DNA of 63,949 nucleotides, counting the filler, from Klebsormidium nitens (lineage: Eukaryota > Plantae > Klebsormidiophyceae), in assembly GCA_000708835.1 (NCBI GenBank). It is 8 parts of 8 records of this genome, joined end to end, with 100 filler letters (N's around TTAATTAATTAA, not from the genome) between each part and the next. Parts side by side here need not be neighbours in the genome. Positions count along the whole stretch, not along the records: positions 1 to 7,618 come from DF238291.1; positions 7,719 to 20,240 come from DF238095.1; 6 more parts are not named here. The stretch is one strand, 5' to 3'. The position numbers and the translations under genes are program-made. Below are positions 1 to 9,864 of the stretch, piece after piece; position 1 is the first letter of the stretch, and every line of letters begins with the position of its first letter. The notes below the pieces were generated by a model, which saw nothing but the letters and a program-made list of their open reading frames with translations, was not told the DNA's origin and searched no databases.

Positions 1-685
1 CCGCTTCATCAACGGTTTCCTCCTTCATAAGGATTCGACAACTGCCGAACTCATTTCTTAAAGGCCCGAGAGGCATCGTATACAGGCTCAATATCAAATG
101 ATCATTTACGATTTCCTTATCGGTGCGTGTCATTGCTCGGCTATGTTTGAATTTGTCAACGATTGTTCGGGTGATGATTTGATCAAGGTCATCTCTTACA
201 TTGACAATATGGTTCCAAGGAACCCACATTTCGATCTCTTTAGGGGTCTTCTGTTGCATCGTTTGGTCGAGTTCATCCTCAGTGGGTTTCTTTGCTTCGA
301 TGTAATTGCTGTACGCTTTGTGTGCGTCATCAAAGCCCATCTTTTGGGCCAGAATCGAGAAGGGTGCGGCATAACTGCTTTTTGTGAGCGGTTTGATGGG
401 TTTCCCCTTTGTACCTATCAAGCTTTCGATCGCTTCAATAATCCTTTCGTGATTGCCAATCCAATCGATTGACTCGTTATCAGTCAATTGCTTGTTGTAA
501 TTGACGGCTGTATGTACCTTTTGGATTTGACGAACGTACACATTCACCGTCGATTCAGTTCGTGATGTTGGACTTGAACCATCTCGGCCCTCTTTAATCT
601 TGAGTATGCTCCTTAGGTTTGGTAACTCTAGGAGCAATGCTTTGCGTCGATTGTGTGGCAAAGTGTGGATGACTCTTGTGGACAT
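1..685 (-). CDS. Tyrosine recombinase/integrase, PLV/virophage/NCLDV type (N-terminal 228 aa; runs off the window edge)
   Basis: My translation from ATG 685 stays open to base 1: MSTRVIHTLPHN...STVNVYVRQIQKVH...WVPWNHIV...HLILSLYTMPLGPLRNEFGSC. It has a SAM-like N-terminus, a W-x-x-W box and an LYT-x-x-P-x-RN-type motif carrying the first catalytic Arg. It is not in the supplied ORF track. Confidence 0.7.
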   Translation of the reverse strand, partial: MSTRVIHTLPHNRRKALLLELPNLRSILKIKEGRDGSSPTSRTESTVNVYVRQIQKVHTAVNYNKQLTDNESIDWIGNHERIIEAIESLIGTKGKPIKPLTKSSYAAPFSILAQKMGFDDAHKAYSNYIEAKKPTEDELDQTMQQKTPKEIEMWVPWNHIVNVRDDLDQIITRTIVDKFKHSRAMTRTDKEIVNDHLILSLYTMPLGPLRNEFGSCRILMKEETVDEA

Positions 686-765
686 TTTTCTGGTAGCTAG
701 CAGCCGGCTTACTTGAGCTTGACTTATCATTAGAATTTATTTTTCGACGAAAAAGCGAGTTCCAT

Positions 766-1587
766 TTATATGCGTTCGAGGTTGAGTAACTTGTTATCGA
801 AGCTTAACTTCCCACAAAAGTTGCTAAAGTTGCTTCCACTCATCGGTGTCAGCGGGTCCGACACCGATGCTATGAGATACCCACGAGGGATAAGCTCCAA
901 CGTTCGAGCAAGATACTTACAGAACATCTTGGGGAGCTCATATACCTCCCCTTGTTTTCTTAGTTGAAATAGCTGTTTCGATCTGCTGACCTGGATAAGT
1001 GCGTCAATGCTATCATCATGCACCTCCCTCTCATTCTTGAAGAGAACGGGTAAATGATATATCTTAAGACCACGCCTCACATTTGGCTTTATTAGAAGGT
1101 GCCACTCGACCAGCACATGAATCATGATAGTCTTGACATCCTTTCTATCAAGATCGTCTGCATCCAGCGATCGAACCCTTCGGGCCAGCTTAGCACCAAA
1201 ATATTCAACATCTTCTCGAGACATCTCATGAACCTTCGTCGAATCATCCGCATTTTCGACTGCTTGCTTCTTACGAAGTTCCTTCAATGGCTTATTGTCA
1301 TGTTTAAAAGGCCGAAAGTACGTTTGGTAAGCCTCTGAGTAGCCAAGCTTTTTACAAGCGGCAAGGAAGGGGGCCAGACGTGTCCTTCGGGAGCCAGGAT
1401 TGTCGTATCTTTCATGCACGAGTTGAGTAAAGGCTTGTGCATCTGATTCAAGAAACGTCAGGTCAAGCGTGTTAGGAAGTGGCCGATTGTGGCACAAATC
1501 GTAGACGAGGGCAATGCCCCTTACATATTGCTCCACGGATGCTCGAGAGCGAATGTTATCTGTGAACAAACTGCGCAGAGCATCCAT
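766..1587 (-). CDS. Tyrosine recombinase-like paralog lacking the C-terminal catalytic His/Tyr region
   Basis: 273 aa and alignable by eye to the downstream ORF (SVEQYVRGIALVY vs TVNVYVRQIQKVH; LAPFLAACKKLGYSEAYQTY vs AAPFSILAQKMGFDDAHKAY). The C-terminus LELIPRGYL...PMSGSNFS resembles a YR core but stops where the HxxR box is expected. Confidence 0.55.
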   Translation of the reverse strand: MDALRSLFTDNIRSRASVEQYVRGIALVYDLCHNRPLPNTLDLTFLESDAQAFTQLVHERYDNPGSRRTRLAPFLAACKKLGYSEAYQTYFRPFKHDNKPLKELRKKQAVENADDSTKVHEMSREDVEYFGAKLARRVRSLDADDLDRKDVKTIMIHVLVEWHLLIKPNVRRGLKIYHLPVLFKNEREVHDDSIDALIQVSRSKQLFQLRKQGEVYELPKMFCKYLARTLELIPRGYLIASVSDPLTPMSGSNFSNFCGKLSFDNKLLNLERI

Positions 1588-1899
1588 AGTTATTGCTCGT
1601 ATAGTAGGGATTTGACAATAATTTCACACAACCAGACATAGCAACTTCATTTATCTCAAACCTCTCTGTCAAGAAATAATGACAACGAAAAGTAGTACGA
1701 GGTTCACGTATTGATCAATGCTATCGGCAGAGGCAAAATGTTGAGAAAAGTGCACTTTTCTCAACTTGATAACTAGTTACTTCAAAGAGCGTTGTCAGAA
1801 TTCAGTAGCTAAGCCTGTAGCAGAAAATAAAATCGTGGTCAGACAAAAATATGTGACGGTCGATTTAGATCGGACCATCTACATCAACCGCGTGTGAAG

Positions 1900-2457
1900 C
1901 TGGGGTTAACTTCGGGGGCCATTTTTGAGAGAGGGCCAGTTTGGGGGGCAGTTTTTGTTACACGGTATGTGTTGAGCACATCGTACAAGCACACACTCCA
2001 GAGGGGCTAGTTTTTATTACACCGTATGTTGAGCACATCGTACAAGCATACTTTCCAAAGGGTGCACGGTTTGGGGGCCAATTATGGTTACACCGTATGT
2101 TGAGCACACAGTACAAGCATACTTTCCAGACGGAGTTTTTGGGCCAGTTTGAAGAGGGAGCCACTGGGTCGGGGGCCAGTTTTCACACAAGGCCAGTTAA
2201 GGGACCAATTTTGAGAGAGGGCCGGTTTGGGGGCCAGTTTTCCACATCGTATATTGAGCACATTGTGCAAGCACAGTCTCCAGAGGGGCTATTTTTTGTT
2301 ACACCGTATGTTGAGCATATCGTACAAGCAATGATACTTTCTAGAGAACCTGTTTTGGGGCCAGTTTTCCACACCGTATATTGAGCACATCGTGCAAGCA
2401 CACTCTTCAGAGGGGCTAGTTTTTGTTACACCTTATGCTGAGCACATCGTACAGGGG
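1900..2457 (+). repeat. Degenerate tandem array A (about 55-70 bp units; core CACCGTATGTTGAGCACATCGTACAAGCA)
   Basis: About 7 copies of the core near 1971, 2028, 2099, 2253, 2310, 2381 and 2437, separated by related GGGGCCAGTTTT linkers. Confidence 0.9.
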
Positions 2458-2834
2458 TACCCGCCACATGATCCCATGTATATAGATTGGCTCCCTCAGT
2501 CAGTCTGACTTATACCTGCATCGGGCTTCAAAAATTGCACCGGGCTTCCAACAGGTGTGCATCGACCGCTTATGAAAGCTGGGTCGGACCATCAACTCAT
2601 GTTCAATGTCACCCTATGTATGATATGCCATATCCCTGCCCTCGAGTGGCTTGCCCTCGAGTTGTTGGTCGATGTGAATTGAGGCACCGACCAGATTCCT
2701 CGGCACGCACTTTTTAGAACCACGTCAGTCTAAATAAAGAGGATTCATTTGCCGCGGATCGGATGCGGACAATGTCATACTAATTCATGATTCAACTTGA
2801 AAGATTGAGCCTAAAGCTGCTATCAAATGAAGTT

Positions 2835-3370
2835 CTACAGTTCAATCTCTTCATTGCATTCGTCGCAGCGTATTTGGTGGCCAAATCCGAGGTCATTATC
2901 TACTTCTGGACCAATTACAACGGATACGGTGTCTGGCATGTCAAACTTTGTGCTCAGAATCTCTTTTGAATAGCACATCTTCAAGGAGGGCAACTGTGGC
3001 CACACTAAGGGAACGTATCCTTGAATATAGACAGCAGTCACTTGAGGTAGAACGTCCTTCAGAGCTGGGTCGTTTGGGATGTCAACGTCCTTTCTATTGA
3101 AAAAGTACTTCAATGTGGCCCCTCCTCGGAGTCGAAAGACGTGTACATCATTTGAAGCGCTTCATCCGACGCCAAGGCATTGTCGGACTTCAGGTTTGCT
3201 CGTATGTGTGCAACCATCGTCTCCTTGCTTTTGGAGACTTTCCAGCCAGCCTGGTCCGGACGAAAGTACTTGCTCCGGGGCAGGCCGTCGACATAGATGA
3301 AGTTGCTGTGAGCGTATGCGTATCGTTTCACCGGCCATAGATCTACAAGGGGGCCCATGTACAGCATCAT
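2835..3370 (-). CDS. Small ORF pair (86 aa + 92 aa) overlapping at TTGA, or one frameshifted gene of about 178 aa; function unknown
   Basis: ORFs 3370-3110 and 3113-2835 overlap by 4 nt in unique sequence between the two arrays. A TATA-like motif lies upstream. Confidence 0.35.
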
Positions 3371-3512
3371 CTTAGTGCCAAGATTGTCCTAGAATAATGA
3401 GAACGGTTTTCCTAAGTTTCGAAGCTGAAAGCTCAGAATCTTGCTAGATAGTTGAATTCAGAACTGTTGACTGCTTGAGTTTGGAAATGAGACAAATGTA
3501 CAGCGATACCGG

Positions 3513-3520
3513 CTTTTATA
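3513..3520 (-). promoter_or_regulatory. TATA-like box (TATAAAAG) upstream of the cassette ORF
   Basis: The minus strand reads GGCTATAAAAGCC about 145 bp upstream of ATG 3370. A second TATAAAA lies near 3632-3638. Confidence 0.3.
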
Positions 3521-3934
3521 GCCAGTTCTTACCGTCCAAACAGGCCATTGCCAATGAGGCTATACGTTTGGAACTTCGGGCCTTGGGGCGGTGGATGCTG
3601 GAAATGAGAATTCACGGTCGAAAAGTTGGAATTTTATAGGCCGGGACTGCTGCACGGGCAGCTCCGGTCGGGACGGTCCGACCACAAAGCCCTGATATTT
3701 GTCCACGTATACGGAGGGAAACTCCACAATTTTGACTGCGCTTCCACGTGGTGCAATGCGAGGAGAATTTCCTAGGCAGTTAGGTCGCGAAAGCCGGGCT
3801 TGCGTCCACGTTTGGTTTCCAACTGTCCCGCTCGGGAGCAGAGCGGGTCGGGACAGAATCCTTACCGATCTCGGATTGAGGCCACCGGCTGGCACGGACG
3901 GGGGGACCCGTGACGGACAGCTTGGAGGCCTGTT

Positions 3935-5250
3935 TTCACACAGGGTCGGTTTGGGGGCGAGTTTTGAGAGAGGGCCGGTATGGAGTCCAGTTTTTTTACA
4001 CCGTGCTTTGCGCACATCGTACAAGCATACTTTTTAGAGGGCGCCGTTGAATATGCACGCAAGCTGTCTAGGTTTTGCAGACTACACGCATAATACTAAA
4101 CAACAAAAGATAGACATNNNNNNNNNNNNNNNNNNNNGTTGAGCACATCGTACGATGCCAGTTCTGTCTAGGTTTTGCAGACTACAAGCATAATACTAAA
4201 CAACAAAAAATAGACATGAGAGTCTTGTCTTGACATCGTTCGAGCTGTCAAGGAGCTGTAAAGTCGTACGATGCCAGCTCTTGGTGCACCGTATGTTGAG
4301 CACATCGTACGATGCCAGTTTTTGTTACACCATATGTCGAGCACGTCGTACAAGCATACTTTTAAAGGGCGCCCTTGAATCTGCACACAATCTGACGCCA
4401 GATTTTGTTGCACCGTATGTTGAGCACATCGTACGATGCCAGTTTTTCTTACACCGTACTTTGAGCACACCGTACGATGTCAGTTTTAATTACACCGAAC
4501 AACAAAAGATAGACTTTAGATTTTGCAGTCTACAAGCATAATACTAAACAACAAAAGATAGACATGAGAGTCTTGAGCCCGACAAGGAGCCCGATGCCAG
4601 CTTTTTGTTGCGCCATATGTTGAGCACATTGTACGATGCCAGCTTTTGTGACACCGTATGTTGAGCGATGCCAGTTTTTGTTGCACCGTATGTTGAGCAC
4701 ATCGTACGATGCCAATTTGTGTTACACCGTATGTTAAGCGATGCCAGTTTTTGCTGCGCCGTATGTTGAGCACATCGTACGATGCCAGTTTTTGTTGCAC
4801 CGTATNNNNNNNNNNNNNNNNNNNNNNNNNNNNNNNNNNNNNNNNNNNNNNNNNNNNNNNNNNNNNNNNNNNNNNNNNNNNNNNNNNNNNNNNNNNNNNN
4901 NNNNNNNNNNNNNNNNNNNNNGAGAGTCTTGTCTTGACATTGTTCGAGCTGTCAAGGAGCCCGATGCCAGTTTTTGTTGCACCGTATGTTGAGCACATCG
5001 TACGATGCCAGTTTTTGTTACACCGTATGTTAAGCGATGCCAGTTTTTATTGCGCCGTATGTTGAGCACATCGTACGATGCCTGTTTTTGTTACACCGTA
5101 TGTTGAGCACATCGTACAAACATACTCTCCAGAGGGGCTAGTTTTTGTTACACTGTATGCTGAGCGTATCATACACGCATACTTTTCAGAGCCTCCCAGT
5201 TTTGGGGCCAATTTTACACACTGTGTGTGGAGCATATCGTGCAAGCACAC
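3935..5250 (+). repeat. Tandem array B: ~41 bp units with palindrome CATCGTACGATG, interleaved with a ~100 bp block (higher-order repeat)
   Basis: Perfect 12-bp palindrome at 4146, 4303, 4427, 4700, 4773, 4996 and 5069. The block TTTTGCAGACTACAAGCATAATACTAAACAACAAAAGATAGACATGAGAGTCTTG recurs near 4070, 4150 and 4520, with its 3' end at 4922. Same orientation as array A; contains N gaps. Confidence 0.9.
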
Positions 5251-5406
5251 AAAGGCAGCCATTTGTTCTTGGACATCCGAACGGACATGTTGCACGTGTG
5301 CATAAGAGCACTCGGCCTATCTGAAAATGGAAACATGAAAAGCTACTTATGCAACACACACAACCGATAGCAAAAATTTTGTTGTGGTAGTAACATACGA
5401 TACATC

Positions 5407-5979
5407 ATGACGCCGACAATCCGGTCATTTCGGGTACAAGCAGCTTTCGGTGGTAGTTGTAAAGTGGACTTGACCGACAAAGTTTGGAGCAGCCGGCTCC
5501 AGATCAATAGTGAAAGCGGTCGCCCTCTTCAAGCAGGCGCCAGAATCGGTTCCGCCTTATATCGGAGCTTGAAGTTGGAGGCAACTAAGACATGCCGTCC
5601 ACCTCTGGTCTACTACGTTCTACTAATAGAAACTACTCGTGGATCCAAAGGAAAAGTATTTGCATATCAGATCAACATCGAGACCGTGAAGAAGGCCGAA
5701 CAACCGACGGGTCTGGCTTTTGCCGGGACCTACCGAACGAAAACAAGGAAATTCTGCGTCGACACGATATCGAAATGGACTTCTTGTAGCACAAGGAAAC
5801 AGAAGACGCTTTCGTCAAAAACCACTAGCAAACATTCCTCTGATACGGAGGAATCATCAGATGACGAGTCAAAAGTTGACGCAGGACCCAAACGCCAGAC
5901 TCGAGGACCGTCGAAGTCAGTGAAAGATACCAATAAGGGTGATTCGCACTCTAAGAAAGCTAACCGGAAAGCAACATGA
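5407..5979 (+). CDS. MC1-like (non-histone chromosomal) DNA-binding protein of giant-virus type, with a basic/acidic tail
   Basis: RSFRV...SGRPLQAGARIGSALY...LLIETTRGSKGKVFAY matches my recollection of the NCLDV MC1-domain pattern (P-x-QAA-x-KA ... ETTRGS-x-K-K-x-Y-x-Y). The C-terminus is K/S/T-rich. Confidence 0.6.
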   Translation: MTPTIRSFRVQAAFGGSCKVDLTDKVWSSRLQINSESGRPLQAGARIGSALYRSLKLEATKTCRPPLVYYVLLIETTRGSKGKVFAYQINIETVKKAEQPTGLAFAGTYRTKTRKFCVDTISKWTSCSTRKQKTLSSKTTSKHSSDTEESSDDESKVDAGPKRQTRGPSKSVKDTNKGDSHSKKANRKAT

Positions 5980-6103
5980 TAACGGTGTGATTCCGTTATC
6001 ACATTTCAAAAAACAAACTATGCTCACCGTTAAGAAACGTATTCGGTCAGCCCTATTTTCGTTGACGTAAGTATATGCAGAGGTAGTGGCCCGATTGCCA
6101 ACA

Positions 6104-6556
6104 ATGGGAATGAACATCTCTGAGTCCAATGTTGACACCCTGTTCGACAAGAAAATTGATCTCGCTCGATGTGAGAGCCTATCAAACGGCACCGGGGTGA
6201 AGTACTATCCATGTGTCCTACAAATCGGGCTTTCCTTGCAAAGCACAGAAATCATTGGTGTTGGCTTATGCCTTCTCATTCGCAAGATTGTCGACATGCA
6301 AGCAGATGCGACCAAAGTCACGTTAGGTGACCTTCATAAAAGGCTCATCTGCATGTTGATCAAACCGGCGGAGCATTATCAAAGCTACACGCTTATTGTT
6401 GAAGATGCAATATTTCATCTCCATGAGTTGTTTATACTCCTAAAGCACGCAGCGAGCTACTTGTTGATTGATGAAGCTGATATTAAACCGGATGAGATTG
6501 CAAGCTTAATACAGACAAAGCTTGAAATGTGTACCAGCCCGGCCCATGTAGCTTGA
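6104..6556 (+). CDS. Orphan protein with a paralog at 59476-60002
   Basis: FDKKIDLARCESLSNGTGVKYYPCVLQIGL...IGVGLCLLIRKI...LIKPAE closely matches the 59.5-60 kb minus-strand ORF. Confidence 0.65.
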   Translation: MGMNISESNVDTLFDKKIDLARCESLSNGTGVKYYPCVLQIGLSLQSTEIIGVGLCLLIRKIVDMQADATKVTLGDLHKRLICMLIKPAEHYQSYTLIVEDAIFHLHELFILLKHAASYLLIDEADIKPDEIASLIQTKLEMCTSPAHVA

Positions 6557-6644
6557 CAACCTGAGCAAGTGTCCGATGTTATCAAGCTACTGTAGTTAAC
6601 CCCATTGATTGGGTCAAGGCCAGTCCAAGCTGTCCAAGCTTTGG

Positions 6645-7283
6645 TTAAAATATTTCTGGTCGCGAATTGCTGCACTCGTCAACCTCTACTCGGCATGTGA
6701 ACCTGTTCCTTCTATTCTCTTCCAAGTTCTTTCTCAAGCCCCCGTACCTATCATCTAGGGCCTTCCAGTTCGGCATAGGAACGACCATATGGGAGCCTTT
6801 GCGAGCTCCATGCGAAAACCGTGCCATCTGTATGGTAAGGCCTAGCCCTCCCTCCAATATCATCTTGATTACGTTTCGCTTCCGCACCGCCGACAGGTCC
6901 TTCCCCACGAAAGACGTCTTAGGTCGATAGAGGGTCTCTAGGACCTCGAGAGACCTGAGCATCTTGAAGTCTTCCTCGTCGAAGACTTTTAGCGCCCTCT
7001 CCTCTTCAGCACCCCCATCGATCAACCTGAAGCTTCCAAACACGGTGTTGTCGATGTTCCCAGGAGCGATGCCCAGCAACTTTGCCAAGACACACCACGC
7101 ATAGTTGATGCCATTAGCCGGTCTGTTCCTGATCTCGAGGTACTCCTGGACGTTCCGTCTCTGTTCCCCTTCTTCAACGGCGGCGCTCAGGGTGTCGACG
7201 GTAGATATGTACTTGGACGAGACGAACCTGCCATCAAGGTGATTGATTGTTTTTCGTTGGCTCCCGGTGATCCCAAATATCAT
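6645..7283 (-). CDS. Hypothetical protein (212 aa, intronless)
   Basis: ATG-started ORF with protein-like composition, convergent with the orphan gene; no family recognised. Confidence 0.5.
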   Translation of the reverse strand: MIFGITGSQRKTINHLDGRFVSSKYISTVDTLSAAVEEGEQRRNVQEYLEIRNRPANGINYAWCVLAKLLGIAPGNIDNTVFGSFRLIDGGAEEERALKVFDEEDFKMLRSLEVLETLYRPKTSFVGKDLSAVRKRNVIKMILEGGLGLTIQMARFSHGARKGSHMVVPMPNWKALDDRYGGLRKNLEENRRNRFTCRVEVDECSNSRPEIF

Positions 7284-7322
7284 TACTTTGTCTCACCACA
7301 AAAGCACGCATCACATAGTAAA

Positions 7323-7618
7323 CTACAAACGTTTGAACATGCACTTATGTACATGCTCTAACCAAATGGTCCGACTAGAGTCGCAACACAAGCATCGGAG
7401 TTCGGCAACCAACCTTTCGTAGTTTTGGAAGTTGGCCATCAGGTTCTTTGCATGCTTTCCCCGCACGTACTCGTCCACGAACTGGGGGTCCACCTTCCTG
7501 TAGTCGATCGCGTAGCAGTAGACAGCGGCTTCGAAGATCTCGTAATTGAGGACGTCCTGGCTGGTGACCCCCCCGGACGAAGAGCCGAGCATCCCTCTGA
7601 TCTCTTCGAACCGCTCCC
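7323..7618 (-). CDS. Hypothetical protein, 5' end lost in the gap
   Basis: The frame is open from the gap edge through YEIFEAAVYCYAIDYRKVD...CMFKRL and ends 40 bp before the next ATG. Confidence 0.4.
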
Positions 7619-8973
7619 NNNNNNNNNNNNNNNNNNNNNNNNNNNNNNNNNNNNNNNNNNNNTTAATTAATTAANNNNNNNNNNNNNNNNNNNNNNNNNN
7701 NNNNNNNNNNNNNNNNNNATGACGTTCTAAATATGGAGACGCTTTTGGTGTCATTCAGTGAGAGATGGATGTCAACTGGCCACGGTTCAATGCCAACATG
7801 GTGATGATCAGTGGTGTTCAGAGGCGCGGCCAACTTTTCAGGTGCAAAGCTAATAGTAAAGGGAGCACACGTTTTGGGGAGGCAGCTAAAGAGACGCTGG
7901 CAGAGAAGCTCTCCACGTTGGTGTAGGGGAATTTACGCGGTCCCTGCTTCTCTTTTCGGAATAACCAAGACGAATCTTTACTTCCAGTGCGGAAAAGGCC
8001 TTCTATCCGGCTTGTCTGCAATCGATACGGAGCTGCAAGAGAAGCAGTTGAGCTTTCATTTGCTCTGAATTATGTCTGCTGCGGTGGTGCCAGCATTGGC
8101 AGAGGTGGTAGGATGCTCGCTGGGTGTCTCGGCCAGTTCAAAGGAAACCCAATCTTTGCAAAACTCCCTGAGCCATAGTGGAAAACAGAATCCGCTGAAA
8201 TTGTCAAGGCAACGCTGCAACTTGTGCTGTAAACCATCAGCATTGGACATCGCTCAGGATGCCGGCAGTCAAGGTGAACGGCGAAGGTGAGAGCCTCACT
8301 TTCATGAAGATTTAAATCAGGAGTTATCAGCTTCACAATAAAAAGTGGGCTACCCTGACGGGTGGGGTTACTTTGGGGTTTAGGCTGGATATGGGTGTGG
8401 AGCAGGTAAGTCTTCGGCTTTAGTGTTTTGTTAGGGGGAGCTTTTTATTCCTGAGCCTTATGACTCCTGAAAACTCCCATCACCTCGCTTCCACACCCCC
8501 GCAGTGCTACGTCGTGTACTGAGGCGCTGCGACGTCGAGCAGCCAGCTTTTTTTATTGTGATGCTTACAGTCTATGCTCGCTTTAGTGAGAGTCTGCACA
8601 GCAAATCATTTTGTACTCCTGCGCCAGAACAGTTCTGGACTGGGGATAAAAAGAAAGCCCCTTGATGGGCATTGTCGCAGGCTGAGCACGTCCCGAAACG
8701 AACTTTGCTTGCATGCTTTTTGGACTTCGTGTTCTGGTTCCTTGCCGTTAAAGCGAAATGATCGAATGAGCAACGAAGTATCGAGTTGCTAACAGAAGAG
8801 CATCTGTGATGGCCCCCTCTCACTGGTGTTGGAGGTACCAGGTGGACTCTGGTGATCATCAGGGCAAGTCGTAAGACAGCTGCCAGGTTTGCGGGGCAAA
8901 TCTCCATGGCCAACTCGGAATCGCGGGACTCGTATGGTAATCCATACCTGTCTATCGAATTGAGCAAACTTCT

Positions 8974-9864
8974 GTGGCCCGCAGAACCTCTCTCCAAGCG
9001 TCAGAAAGTGGGGCTGAAAAGGTGGCCGCTGCAGAGGAGTGGACGGACCCTTGGTTGGAGCGGTTGCCACCAGACACCTCCCCGATCTACTCGCACAGTC
9101 TCCTATGCATAGAAGCCTGGTTGCGAAAGCTTGGGTTTGTGCAAGTTTTGGACGACCCCGCGTGGTGGACGATCATGCGGGACGATTGGCATGCCGAGCT
9201 GCGGTTAGATGTTGTGGACATATCAGTCACGTGAGTGCCCGCTTCATTTTGACTGAATTCTATCTTTCAGCACTAGATTTGCAATTGCCATAGCGCTCGC
9301 TGATTCACAAGTGCATTGACATGGGACCTGCTTAGCCTTTGTGGCAGGCCATAAGCAGATAATTAGAAGAACGGTCCTTAAAGTGCCTGGTTGAAGAGCA
9401 GTTCATGAATGGCGTTTTCTATTTGTGGACTGCCTGTGTGTATCTTCAAAGCCTCTGTGTTCAATACATTGTTGCTGCCTTCTAGAGCTTCCCTCGAATT
9501 TGGGCCAGAACGTTAGTTAAAGCCCTGAGTTAAAGCCCTGATTGAAGCCTGGTTGATCAGAGTCGGTTGTGGCAGAGAACTAACCACCCTGCTTGTTTTG
9601 AAAACTGTGCAAGGCCATGGCTCTCATGTGGACTCCCTAGAAGGTTGATCCAGATGACGAAGCTCATGAAAGTTTCACAGCAACTTAATTCCGTTCCCTT
9701 GTTGGTGTCCACGTTAAACGCATGTGTAGTAGCATCTAAAACACGTGTCATTTTTCAGGTATTTGAAAGCAGGTCCGGGGAAGCTACCGCGGGATATTGA
9801 GAAGAGGTGGAGCTATGGTTTGAGTAGGAGGGACTTTGAAGCTGCTATTATGGCTGGGCCTTGA
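8974..9864 (+). CDS. DUF3143 family protein (cyanobacterial origin, plastid type); 5' end unresolved
   Basis: One exon to 9230 (LPPDTSPIYSHSLLCIEAWLRKLGF...DWHAELRLDVVDISV), a GT-AG intron, then exon 9759-9864 (YLKAGPGKLPRDIEKRWSYGLSREDFEAAIMAGP*). This matches the family pattern ending in ...YALSREDIENAILGGP. Confidence 0.85.

Larger units (their letters stand above)
1..7618. mobile_element. Endogenous virus-like (PLV/NCLDV-related) element, partial
   Basis: Intronless, tightly packed ORFs (40-90 bp spacers between several of them) including two YR-like genes, an MC1-like gene and orphans, plus repeat arrays. This contrasts with the intron-rich host genes beyond the gap at 7619. Confidence 0.6.

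Noticed and set aside
98-472. Plus-strand 124-aa ORF
   Set aside because: Antisense shadow of the minus-strand recombinase.
1900-5250. CRISPR-like interpretation of the arrays
   Set aside because: The inter-repeat sequences are related to each other rather than unique spacers, the units are irregular, there are no cas genes, and the context is eukaryotic.
7619-7718. TTAATTAATTAA palindrome inside N runs (also near 20285, 33908, 41189, 49093, 58078 and 61018)
   Set aside because: It is an identical all-frame stop linker centred in ~100-bp gaps, so it is an assembly artefact.
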